Assembly (NCBI GenBank): GCA_044229845.1
Contig: JBGASG010000002.1
Span: 512,001 to 576,000 of the forward strand
DNA length: 64,000 nucleotides
Reading direction: 5' to 3'
Source: Candidatus Obscuribacteraceae bacterium
GTDB taxonomy: Bacteria; Cyanobacteriota; Vampirovibrionia; Obscuribacterales; Obscuribacteraceae
Of this stretch, positions 1 to 10,438 are shown one piece after another. The notes beneath the pieces were generated by a model, which ran no database searches, was not told the origin of the DNA, and was given only the letters and a program-made list of their open reading frames with translations. The first letter of the stretch is position 1; each line of letters begins with the position of its first letter. A program made the translations under genes and the position numbers.

Positions 1-951
1 CAGTCCCGTCAGGATCGCGGCAGCCGAAGAAGTTAGAGCAAAAGTAGTGCCCAGGCGGCGCAGTACAAAAGAGACGAGGAACAGTTCTACAACCAGTTCT
101 ACAATCCCTCGCCAGCGCTCCAGGTTGGCATCGACAGCAGCAATGCCGTTGCTGCCCGTCGCCATGTTTTTCAGGATATCGTTGTAGATAAACTGAACGA
201 AATCAGGCGTGACCCGTTCGAAAGCTACAACCAGCATCAGGAAGAGCAAAAACTTGTTCTTCACGATCATTGCCAGGACAGCACCCATACCGGAGTTCTG
301 ATTCTTATCGAACTCCGGCGCGGCCGAGCGTTGCGAAGGCTTGCCGTCGTTAATTTTCTCCAGCCAGAGAAAAATACCGATGTTGACCCCGATAATCGCA
401 GCTGCCACCAGAAGCATGTTGGTGGTGCCGACAACACCTACCAGCGCAGCAGTGATACTGCTGCCGGAAATGGCACCGAGTCCGGCTCCGGCCACAACAA
501 TGCCGAAAAGACGTTTGGCTTTGTCCGAGTCGCAAACATCATTGGCGTACATCCAGAACAATGTTGCGCCCATGATCGAGAAAACATCCAGCCAGACCCA
601 GAAGATGCCCGAGGCCAGTTTGGATTCATGCTGGAAGACCTGCCACCAGACGAGCAGGTTAACGAGGAAGATTCCATAAATAGAAGAGATCAGTTTCTTC
701 CGAGGAACTTTAGAGAACTTGGAATAGATCCAGACCACCACGCCGGTGATCAGCGCCGTGCCCATATAGATAAACGGCATAGCATCGTTGCCCAGTCCAT
801 CCAAGACCAGACCACGACGGATCGGGCGCAAAACATAATAGGTACAGATAAAGAGAAACAGCCAGCTGGAGAGCAAAGTGGTAATTAGACGCTCGCCCTT
901 CTGGACGCTCATGAAAAGATTCAGGGGATTGCCCTGATGCACTTTAGACAC
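1..951 (-). CDS. NTP/NDP exchange transporter (NTT/TLC ATP:ADP antiporter family), runs off the window edge
   Basis: Not in the ORF track. Manual translation gives ...MSVQKGERLITTLLSSWLFLFICTYYVLRPIRRGLVL...FWVWLDVFSIMGATLFWMYANDVCDSDKAKRLFGIVVAGAGLGAISG, with the YYxLRPxR and FWxxANDx...AKRLFG motifs. Start may be GTG 951, GTG 942 or ATG 912. Confidence 0.8.
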   Translation of the reverse strand, partial: MSKVHQGNPLNLFMSVQKGERLITTLLSSWLFLFICTYYVLRPIRRGLVLDGLGNDAMPFIYMGTALITGVVVWIYSKFSKVPRKKLISSIYGIFLVNLLVWWQVFQHESKLASGIFWVWLDVFSIMGATLFWMYANDVCDSDKAKRLFGIVVAGAGLGAISGSSITAALVGVVGTTNMLLVAAAIIGVNIGIFLWLEKINDGKPSQRSAAPEFDKNQNSGMGAVLAMIVKNKFLLFLMLVVAFERVTPDFVQFIYNDILKNMATGSNGIAAVDANLERWRGIVELVVELFLVSFVLRRLGTTFALTSSAAAILTGL

Positions 952-1190
952 TGCTCAATACTCTCGGTAGCGATTGCAAACCGGACGCCAATGGATGCCA
1001 GCGAATCAGCAAAACTCTCGAATCGCGCAGCAATTGTAGCGCCGAAACCCGCCTTCCCTTGATAAGTGAACACAATAAAATTAGCATTCGCGACCATTGG
1101 CAGTGGCTCAGGCAGCCGATCAGGGGCAAGATTAAACAGAATTCAAAGTGCCACCACAGAGGGTGGCGCGCTGGATTCATTTCGGGATAC

Positions 1191-1219
1191 TTGACAATGA
1201 GCGGAATCAGGCATATTAT
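1191..1219 (+). promoter_or_regulatory. sigma70-type promoter
   Basis: TTGACA (1191-1196), 17-bp spacer, TATTAT (1214-1219), upstream of ORF 1364. Confidence 0.65.
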
Positions 1220-1363
1220 TACGCCACCTAAATGCGAACCCGTTCCTACCCGCATAGATAGACCTCAGGTCTGTCTACATTCTGGGCATCCCGTTCATCC
1301 ACGCTATACCTTCCAGGTAGAGAGTCAGTCTCTGCCGTAATTCGCGCTTACTAGAAAATCTCT

Positions 1364-2665
1364 ATGTCAAACCCGCAAGAGGTTTGCACGCTTCCGCGTC
1401 CGGAAGAGTCAAAGCCTCAAGAGATATCTTCGTCCACGCGAGTGGAGCCGCTTTGCGTTGTCAGCGACAACCAGCTGTTTCAGCGTCAAAACGACCCGAC
1501 CATGCAACAGGTCGGCGATTCTCTCTACTTCGGCTCGCCCTATGCAGCGCCGGCACCGGAGCTGTCCACTAAAGGACCGGTGGGTGGTTTTAACGTAGAC
1601 TTCGGACGCAATCAGGCTCGCAATCGTATGGCCGACGAAGGAATCGACGTCGACCAGTCTACAGCCGGCATGCGGCGCCAGGTTCGCCATCACAGTCGCG
1701 CCGCGCGCGAAGCTTTCTCCGACTACGAGCAAGCCGGCAAGCGCCAGATCGTGTTCAACGACAAGACCGAACAGGCAGCCGTAAACAAAGATCTGGCTTT
1801 CCTGAGAAAACACACCCAGTTTCAAGATGCACGCGAGCCGCAAGCAGTCGGAGATATGCGCCTGCCGCAAAGCATCGGCGATACCAGTCTCTCTCCCCAG
1901 GAATTCCATAGCATCTACAACGGCTCGATCATCGACACTTACTTCCGCACCGGCGGAGGCAGAGGGTTCTGGAGCGAACTGCAAAAAGAAATGAAGGCGA
2001 ACTTGCCTCCGGAAGCGCAAGCCCACTTCGACGAATACTTCATGAAAGACGCCAAGGAAGCGTATCAACAATACGGTCGCTACCCGCAACTTTTCTGGAG
2101 AGCTCTCGAGCAAAAACTCTATAACGACATCAAGTCGCACACCGACCTGCCCGTGCCTCCCAATCCGGACGATGGAGGCGGAGACAACCCCAGCCCCCAC
2201 CCCGATGATGGCGGCTCACACTCTCCCGATGTACAGACCGCCCGCCAGAAGCTCGACCAATTAGTAAGCAGCAATCCCAATTTCAGCGCCAGTGACCGCC
2301 AGCAGTTCAAACAATACGAGGATGAGTTCTTAGCCAGAGCAGACAAAGATGGCATCAGCGCTCAAGAAGTAGCAAAGACATTAGATTCGACAGCCCGCTT
2401 ACTAAGTTCAGATCATGGAGTAATCAACGCAAACGACCGGGCGCACGCCGCCTTCGGTATCATGCAGCACGCCGCCCATCCTGATTCTTGCGAACAGGGC
2501 GGACACCCGACCTGCAACGTGACCACGGTCGAGACCAGAACCTTCGCCCTCGATCCGCACGTGGCAGCCGACATGATTGCCTCAGCCGCCATCGACGGCA
2601 AATGGACCGCATGTTTCCTCCGCGGGGAAACATGCGCGACATGGCAGGACACCTGTTTCAGGTGA
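1364..2665 (+). CDS. hypothetical protein; N-terminal part of a split papain/calpain-like cysteine protease
   Basis: 433-aa ORF with EQGGHPTCNVTT (QGxxxxC) near its C-terminus; overlaps the next ORF, which lies in the -1 frame. Confidence 0.65.
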   Translation: MSNPQEVCTLPRPEESKPQEISSSTRVEPLCVVSDNQLFQRQNDPTMQQVGDSLYFGSPYAAPAPELSTKGPVGGFNVDFGRNQARNRMADEGIDVDQSTAGMRRQVRHHSRAAREAFSDYEQAGKRQIVFNDKTEQAAVNKDLAFLRKHTQFQDAREPQAVGDMRLPQSIGDTSLSPQEFHSIYNGSIIDTYFRTGGGRGFWSELQKEMKANLPPEAQAHFDEYFMKDAKEAYQQYGRYPQLFWRALEQKLYNDIKSHTDLPVPPNPDDGGGDNPSPHPDDGGSHSPDVQTARQKLDQLVSSNPNFSASDRQQFKQYEDEFLARADKDGISAQEVAKTLDSTARLLSSDHGVINANDRAHAAFGIMQHAAHPDSCEQGGHPTCNVTTVETRTFALDPHVAADMIASAAIDGKWTACFLRGETCATWQDTCFR

Positions 2666-3132
2666 CCGCCTTGAATGACTATGGACAGCGCCACGGCACT
2701 CAGTACGTAGAGCGCAATGGACAGGGCTACTGGAAATACGACAGCGGCGGTTGGGACTACTTCAACGGCACCGATGGCGCCACCATCGCCGATATGGCCC
2801 TGCGTCTCAGCCCACCCGACAATCCCAACGAAGGTGTTGTCCTGGATTTCTGGGAAACCGGTCGCGGCATCGAAAACTTCCGCAGCCTGGAAGAATTTGA
2901 TCAAGACCTGGCAAAACTGACGCCGGGCAGCAAAGAAGCAATCATCGTCGTCAACGGCTACGATCCGATTTTCGGCGGCAACAAACCCGGACCTACACCT
3001 AACCACGTGATCTCGGTACTGGAATACGATCGATCGAACGGCCGTGTTCTCATTGATAACCAGTGGGGACAGGGCGCGCAGTGGGTTGCGATGAAAGACC
3101 TGTACAGAGCGGCGACTGGCAGAAGCTACTAA
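2611..3132 (+). CDS. C-terminal part of the split cysteine-protease-like protein
   Basis: Part of ORF 2488..3132; NHVISVLEYD...VLIDNQWG matches the papain-fold His and NxWG motifs. Confidence 0.6.
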   Translation: MFPPRGNMRDMAGHLFQVTALNDYGQRHGTQYVERNGQGYWKYDSGGWDYFNGTDGATIADMALRLSPPDNPNEGVVLDFWETGRGIENFRSLEEFDQDLAKLTPGSKEAIIVVNGYDPIFGGNKPGPTPNHVISVLEYDRSNGRVLIDNQWGQGAQWVAMKDLYRAATGRSY

Positions 3133-3144
3133 CTGGGGGATAAC

Positions 3145-3978
3145 ATGGCAGACGGCTACTACGACCAAAGCAACAACAGCAAACCGCTGAATTTCAGCAT
3201 TCCGCCCTTCGAACACAGGGTAAATGTTGACGGTCACCCGGCAGCCGACGCCAGTGATACTATCAGGCTGCACCTGTTCGGCTCGGAAAAAGTCTTTTTT
3301 GCCATGAATCCCAATGACAAAGTCTGGCCAAGCGGTCCCCGCAACGACATAACGACGGGCGTACAGTCCTTTGCGGCGCCCTCGGGCTGGGTCGAAGACA
3401 CAGTGCAGCCCGCACCGACGCCCAATGGGCAGATGCGGCAATGGCACCCGGCTAATTCCGCCGCGCCGGACCGCAATGCGCCATTTCCCGATAATGGTCC
3501 GCCCGAACAAACAACTATTCGCCTGCTCTACAATCCGATCAGCGTCGGCGACAGCAAGAACGACTTTCATCGGGCAGTCAGCGGTGCACCACATGTAGTG
3601 CCGGTTGCCGACCTGAAGAATCTGGGACCGGCGATGGGCACGCTTTCATACGGCGACAACCAGTTTACACGGCCGCCCGGCGCCAGTTTCACCACCGAGA
3701 TTCGCTCGGCGACCACTATGATCATCGATGGCAAGCCGGTGCTGGCAGTGGAGGGCTACACCGGCAACTTCAGCCAGACCGGCGAGGTTGATCATCGGCG
3801 CGCGAAGTTCGTCGCCTATCTTTTCGATGGCGGCGACGGACAGATGCAAGAAGTATCATTCCGCGCACCGGTCACATACAATCCGACTACGAAGAGGTCT
3901 GATGAATCGCAGTTCGATCAGCACGTCGGTGAGTTCAAACAATCAGTTTCGAAATTGAAACTGCAAAAAACCCAGTAA
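3145..3978 (+). CDS. hypothetical protein, possibly with a PsbP/DcrB-like C-terminal domain
   Basis: 277-aa ORF starting 12 bp after the previous stop, GGGGGA RBS; the fold call is a weak pattern match. Confidence 0.55.
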   Translation: MADGYYDQSNNSKPLNFSIPPFEHRVNVDGHPAADASDTIRLHLFGSEKVFFAMNPNDKVWPSGPRNDITTGVQSFAAPSGWVEDTVQPAPTPNGQMRQWHPANSAAPDRNAPFPDNGPPEQTTIRLLYNPISVGDSKNDFHRAVSGAPHVVPVADLKNLGPAMGTLSYGDNQFTRPPGASFTTEIRSATTMIIDGKPVLAVEGYTGNFSQTGEVDHRRAKFVAYLFDGGDGQMQEVSFRAPVTYNPTTKRSDESQFDQHVGEFKQSVSKLKLQKTQ

Positions 3979-3981
3979 GCT

Positions 3982-5523
3982 CTAGTTGCGATCAAAATTC
4001 GAAAGAGACACCGGCTGCATGTATGAGCCGGCCGGTGTGCGAGTCCACCAGATTCCCCCTTTCCACATCTCGCCGAAATCGGAAAACTTATACTCGAAGA
4101 GTTCAGCGCGCAAGAACTTGGGCGGTTTGCCGTGAAATGGATCGGTCTCCAGCAAGTGCACCACATCCGGTGAGGCCTGTAACAAGCGTTCGGCGAATTT
4201 GAAGAACCATGGATTTTCGTCCACTATTCCCAGCGCCGCAAACCACATCTGCCAATCAAGGCGCGGCTGCAGAGGGGCGACGATTGGCGGTTGACGATTG
4301 AGTGGACCAGGCTTGTATTTGAAAACATAAGGCAGCCAGTTGACTCCGTCGTCGCTGCCTTCCACCTGAATCTCCAGACGCTTGGTGGTCATAACGGCGA
4401 AGAGACCATAACTGTTGACGATATGCAAAGACTGCGCCCCGAAAATCAGACGGCGCACGGCAATCGGCATATTGCGCAGGTTTTCCATCGGCAACAAAGA
4501 CATCTGCGAAAGGGTGGCCATGCCCACCATTACGACCAGGAGAGAAACTGCTGCACGGCGCACCACCACTCTGGCTGTGCCGTGCTTGGCTTGTGTATTC
4601 TCCTCCGTCACCGGTACGCCGATCATGGCATTGCGCAGTTTTGTCGGCATCATTTTCTTCAACGCGCGGTCGTCGAGAAGGGGAATGCAAAGGGCTAACG
4701 TCAGCAAATTGAAAAACGTATAGTTGCCGGTCAGCAAAATTACCACCTGCAGCAGCGCCGTCAGGGCGGCACCGGCCAGGCGCAGTGGACGAGGCATAAA
4801 AAAGAGAAGAGGCACCATGATCTCAATAAAGAAAACAGCACCTACCGAAAAGGATTGGAACCAGTTCGGCATTTGATCAGCCAGCCAGGCAAGAGGAGTC
4901 GGCAGAGGCTGCGTCAGGTAGTGAAACTTGAGAGCCGTAAAGTTTCTCCAGGTCTCATCTCCACTGAGCAGCTTACAGGTGCCGGAAAGAAACATGAGCC
5001 GGAAGAGCAGCCAGCGCAACAGATAGATCCCTACTTTGAACGTCCACGGCTGCGGTTCAAGCATTAGTCTGCCCTTCCAGGGCGGTCCCAGAAGCTGCCA
5101 GGGCGACCAGAAAATCGCCAGGAAGCCGGTCTCTAGAAGCAGGATATCCCATTGAAAGGACAGAAAATCCTGTCCCACATTGACCAGAGACAGGTAAAAA
5201 AGCCATGCCACCACAAGTAGTGGCGCGGTCGCTATCGAGAGAAACACGCCCAGTCCTGCCAGCGCTCCACCCCAGCAGAGGAACGAAAGGAACCCGTCAC
5301 TGCTGTTGAACCAGACCAGGCTGGGAGCAATAGCCACCGCCATGTCGGGGGGCAGAGAATCGGTCAGCGACGTCAGATATGTCGAAACCGGCAAAATTCC
5401 CTGGCTGCCGACCAGCCCGTGTATCTCCAGCCCCAGAGAAACAAAGGCGAGAGAATAGATAAGACCCAGCGCTCGCAAAAACAACCACTGAGTGCAGACG
5501 TACGTATCTTTTTCTTCAGCCAC
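3982..5523 (-). CDS. lipase maturation factor (LMF1) family membrane protein
   Basis: FLSFQWDILLLETGFL, HYLTQPLPTP, TGNYTFFN, NSYGLFAVMT, QPRLDWQMWFAAL motifs. Confidence 0.92.
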   Translation of the reverse strand: MAEEKDTYVCTQWLFLRALGLIYSLAFVSLGLEIHGLVGSQGILPVSTYLTSLTDSLPPDMAVAIAPSLVWFNSSDGFLSFLCWGGALAGLGVFLSIATAPLLVVAWLFYLSLVNVGQDFLSFQWDILLLETGFLAIFWSPWQLLGPPWKGRLMLEPQPWTFKVGIYLLRWLLFRLMFLSGTCKLLSGDETWRNFTALKFHYLTQPLPTPLAWLADQMPNWFQSFSVGAVFFIEIMVPLLFFMPRPLRLAGAALTALLQVVILLTGNYTFFNLLTLALCIPLLDDRALKKMMPTKLRNAMIGVPVTEENTQAKHGTARVVVRRAAVSLLVVMVGMATLSQMSLLPMENLRNMPIAVRRLIFGAQSLHIVNSYGLFAVMTTKRLEIQVEGSDDGVNWLPYVFKYKPGPLNRQPPIVAPLQPRLDWQMWFAALGIVDENPWFFKFAERLLQASPDVVHLLETDPFHGKPPKFLRAELFEYKFSDFGEMWKGGIWWTRTPAGSYMQPVSLSNFDRN

Positions 5524-5526
5524 GAC

Positions 5527-6858
5527 TTATGAAAACATCGACACTCGCGCTCGGGCATCGGCGTTGCCGCGTTCGGCGGACAGTCGATACCAGCGCTGCG
5601 ATTCGACTGAGTCTTGATCGACTCCCTGTCCGGTCTCATACATGCGCCCGAGATTGTACATCGCTACCGGGTGCCCTTGCTGCGCAGCTTCCATAAACCA
5701 GTAAAAGGCGCCCTTGCCTTCTTTAGGACTGGCTTCGGCGTTGAGATACATAGCCGCAATCGCTACTTGAGCATCCGCATAGCGCAGACGCGCCGCTTGC
5801 AGCCACCATTCTTCTGCTTGCCGTAAATCTCTCTCCAGTCCCTGCTTCTCATAGAAATGACGCCCTAGCCGGTATTGAGCGCCTATGACGCCCTGGCGGG
5901 CTGCTTCCTGGCAAAGTTGAACAAACAGTCTTTCATCAGGGACAAGACCGCCCCCGGGCAAAAACATCAGCGCCAAGCGATACTGCGCTTGCGGGTGCCC
6001 CTGGTTGGCAGCCACAGTGAAGAACTGCCCGGCTTTTTCGTAGTCGGTAGCCAGCTGTCCACCCTGGTCGTATAAATTACCCAGCCGGAAGAGGGCGTCC
6101 GCATCACCACTTTTTGCCAGCTCAAGACAGTAGTCGACCTGCTCCTGGTTCAATTCCTCACCAACCTCAGGCAGGTCCACGGTTCTGGGTTTTTGCGTCA
6201 GGATTTCCTTCTGTTCGCGTTTGTACTGTTTCTCGCCTTTGCGCAAAGCCGTTCTCAGCTTCTCTTCCATCGCCTCGCGCTTTGGGCGCACTTCATGGTT
6301 GACCATCGGTGAATAGGCGCCTTCCCGAACCCGCCGCTGCTGCACGTCGGAATCCTCATCCAACCAGTGCCAGTTGCCGGAATGCGGAAAAGCAAGCACG
6401 ACGTTGGTTACACCTTCCTGTTCGGAGTGCAGGCGCACGAAGACATCGAGATGGTGACCCACATCCGAAGACCACATCTCGCGGCGCAATGGAACGCGGA
6501 TACACAGATTGGCGCCATCGCTCAGCCTTTGTATATACGGCTCGCCGTCTTTGTCGGCACTCTCGAGAATCGGCATCAGCACGCTGACCACCTTCTCAAC
6601 CGACATATTGACGTCGAACGGGTCCGGATAAACCAGCGGGCGCTCCCGACGTGCCACCACGTGCGAGGTCACGATTTCACTTATATGCGCCAATAACAGC
6701 GCCACCACCAGTGCGATGACTATTTTGACCGAATCGCCGAAATCGCCGCGATTGGGGTCGAGATAAAGACAAAGCATCAAGAAGCCGAGAAAGAAGACGG
6801 TAATCCTCAGCCAGTAATGTGAGAAGTGGAATTCGAATCGCGAACCCATGTCGACCAC
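5527..6858 (-). CDS. membrane-anchored Sel1-repeat protein
   Basis: Two N-terminal TM helices; C-terminal Sel1 repeats (AANQGHPQAQYRLA, AAQQGHPVAMYNLGRMYETGQGV). Confidence 0.85.
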   Translation of the reverse strand: MVDMGSRFEFHFSHYWLRITVFFLGFLMLCLYLDPNRGDFGDSVKIVIALVVALLLAHISEIVTSHVVARRERPLVYPDPFDVNMSVEKVVSVLMPILESADKDGEPYIQRLSDGANLCIRVPLRREMWSSDVGHHLDVFVRLHSEQEGVTNVVLAFPHSGNWHWLDEDSDVQQRRVREGAYSPMVNHEVRPKREAMEEKLRTALRKGEKQYKREQKEILTQKPRTVDLPEVGEELNQEQVDYCLELAKSGDADALFRLGNLYDQGGQLATDYEKAGQFFTVAANQGHPQAQYRLALMFLPGGGLVPDERLFVQLCQEAARQGVIGAQYRLGRHFYEKQGLERDLRQAEEWWLQAARLRYADAQVAIAAMYLNAEASPKEGKGAFYWFMEAAQQGHPVAMYNLGRMYETGQGVDQDSVESQRWYRLSAERGNADARARVSMFS

Positions 6859-6981
6859 CGGAGACCTCTTCCTATGTTATAGACTAGATTTGTGAAAATG
6901 TGGAGACATCCCAGGTCTAACGAATTGTTTGCCGCAAGAACCCAGCTCTGCGATTGACGGTATCGCATCCGGTGCCAGGAT

Positions 6982-8331
6982 ATGACCACACCCAAAGCCA
7001 AGAAGATTGACTTCAAGAGATTGAGTCGACGCTTGACTCTGCGCGCCGGCGAACGCAATGCGGCATGGCAGAAACTGATCTTCTCAACCGAGCCTGTCGA
7101 TCGCGAGCGTATGAACAATCACGTGCGTACGATCTATGCAGCATTGGAAGAGCGTGAACCGTCAATATTCTGGTGCGACAGCCCCTTTCAGACATTTGCG
7201 ATCGCCCATCTCTTGGATCGTTTCGCGGACCCGCAGAGCGCCGACCAAAACTTTGCGCGGTTCTGGGATCAATGCGAAGAGCAGTACTTGCGATACCTGC
7301 CCGCATCGCTGGTCGACAAAGTCAATCTGGGAACCCTGCAAAATCGGCTAAGCAAGCACTTCCCCATCGGCAGTGGCTACAATCCATGCGGCCGCGCGAT
7401 TGGCATTTTCGATCGGTTGTGCAGCCGCATTTTCAAACTGCTGGAAGAGGTCGGATTCACATGGCAACGGCAGTACTGGCGTGGAACAGGTGAGGGCGTA
7501 ATCGAGCCGTGTCTGCTTTTCAATCGCCAGCTGCTTCGCGATCTGAATGCTGCTCTTGTGGTCCAGGAATTGCACGTTGCACGGGCGACACAGAGGCGTG
7601 TCGATCTGACCGATGCCCTAGCCGTCGAGCGGGCAGTGGCAATGCACATGCGATTCTTCCTCGATACAGGAAACTATTTTGAGGAGGGCGTCAACCCGCA
7701 TGGATTCGACACCCATACCGAATGGCAGTCCCGCTGCCGTTTATCAGATCTCAATTTGCTCTTAGATCTGCTCCAGTGTCGGTCTGAAGTCACCGAGGCA
7801 TGCGCGGCCGCCCTGGAACTTGGACAAACTCTCTGGTGGGTAGCCGGCTTTGACGGCTGCGTCCTACTTAGCGATCGCCCCAAATCAATTCTTCGAGATG
7901 AGCAAGGGCTTTTGCACAGCGACACCGGTGCAGCCATCGAATTTGCCGACGGTTACGGCCAGTTTTTCTGGCATGGAGCCGCGACGCCGGCTTACGCCGT
8001 ACTTGCCAACCCGACAGTTGAGATCATTGAAACGGAAGGCAATATAGAACTTAGACGCATCATGCTGGAGCGTTTCGGCACGCAAGAGTTTCTCTTCGCC
8101 AGTGGCGCCAAAGTGTTTCATGTCGATGAAACCGGCACTTTATATCGCAAAGAAATGCGCGGCGAAGAAGCGATCATGATGGTGCACGTCGTCAACGCAA
8201 CGCCGGAGCCGGACGGCAACTTCCACGACTTCTTTTTAAGAGTGCCACCGTGGATGCAGACCGCGCGCGAAGCGATCGCCTGGACGTTCGGACTTTCGGC
8301 TGACGAATACGATCCACAGCAAGAGACTTAA
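6982..8331 (+). CDS. DUF6745-type domain protein
   Basis: WCDSP, LHSDTGAAIEFADG, NIELRRIMLERFG, VVNATPEPDG...FLRVPP...AREAIAWTFG motifs. Confidence 0.75.
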   Translation: MTTPKAKKIDFKRLSRRLTLRAGERNAAWQKLIFSTEPVDRERMNNHVRTIYAALEEREPSIFWCDSPFQTFAIAHLLDRFADPQSADQNFARFWDQCEEQYLRYLPASLVDKVNLGTLQNRLSKHFPIGSGYNPCGRAIGIFDRLCSRIFKLLEEVGFTWQRQYWRGTGEGVIEPCLLFNRQLLRDLNAALVVQELHVARATQRRVDLTDALAVERAVAMHMRFFLDTGNYFEEGVNPHGFDTHTEWQSRCRLSDLNLLLDLLQCRSEVTEACAAALELGQTLWWVAGFDGCVLLSDRPKSILRDEQGLLHSDTGAAIEFADGYGQFFWHGAATPAYAVLANPTVEIIETEGNIELRRIMLERFGTQEFLFASGAKVFHVDETGTLYRKEMRGEEAIMMVHVVNATPEPDGNFHDFFLRVPPWMQTAREAIAWTFGLSADEYDPQQET

Positions 8332-8335
8332 TTCC

Positions 8336-8370
8336 AAACAAAAAAACAAGGCATTAGCCTTGCTTTCTTT
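8336..8370. terminator. probable bidirectional intrinsic terminator
   Basis: Stem CAAGGC-atta-GCCTTG (8347-8362) with an A-run on the left (U-tract on the minus strand) and CTTTCTTT on the right, between the convergent CDS and 16S gene. Confidence 0.7.
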
Positions 8371-8406
8371 GGTATCGAATCTGGTGACTCGACTTGGGTG
8401 GGCTCA

Positions 8407-8429
8407 GAGCCCTGAGAACTGAATAGCCA
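8407..8429. repeat. 3' arm of the 16S processing stem
   Basis: GAGCCCTGAGAACTGAATAGCCA is the inverted complement (21/23) of 10228-10250. Confidence 0.8.
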
Positions 8430-8613
8430 CTACTTACCTGTTATACCTCTGCTTACTTGGTCAATTTGAGTAGAGTTAGACACCAAGTAGCTTCTTCGGC
8501 ACCGACCTAAGAGCAGATTCGCAGGTTTCGTGAAAAACCTTTCTCCGAAGAGATAAAGCGAACCCATGTCAGCTTTTTGGCTCCCACCGAGGAAACCTCA
8601 TCTGATTACTCCC

Positions 8614-10108
<1,495 letters not shown>

Positions 10109-10227
10109 CTAATAGAACCTCGGGAGTACCGAGGCCAATCAAAAACGATTCGTTTGCCTACTCAAAAGTTATTAACAGGCATTTTGTTTGAACCGAGATA
10201 CTAGAGCTCGGCTCAATTCAAGTTTCA

Positions 10228-10250
10228 TGGCTATTCAGTTATCAGGGTTC
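10228..10250 (-). promoter_or_regulatory. 5' arm of the 16S processing stem / boxA-like leader element
   Basis: Minus strand GAACCCTGATAACTGAATAGCCA; pairs with 8407-8429. Confidence 0.7.
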
Positions 10251-10284
10251 AAAAGTTGCCGCCGTTTCCGACAGCACGAAAGAA

Positions 10285-10313
10285 ATGATAGCAACTCCGA
10301 ATAGAAAGTGCAA
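10285..10313 (-). promoter_or_regulatory. rRNA promoter
   Basis: Minus strand TTGCAC, 17-bp spacer, TATCAT, just upstream of the leader. Confidence 0.7.
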
Positions 10314-10438
10314 ATCCCGAAAAGGTGAACTATTCGCCATCTGCCGCTGTCAGACTGCATTTACGCTGAATGTTTCCTTAACGTTTCCTTGCAGGCATGA
10401 CGAATATAGCAGCAGCCCATCCGCGGAAACCCGCGTGA

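Noticed and set aside
331..888. Plus-strand 185-aa ORF
   Set aside because: Antisense shadow of the NTT transporter.
2624..2631. GGGAAAC as a programmed -1 frameshift site
   Set aside because: ORF1 reads GGG GAA ACA, so the heptamer is out of phase, and it lies within the hairpin rather than upstream of it.
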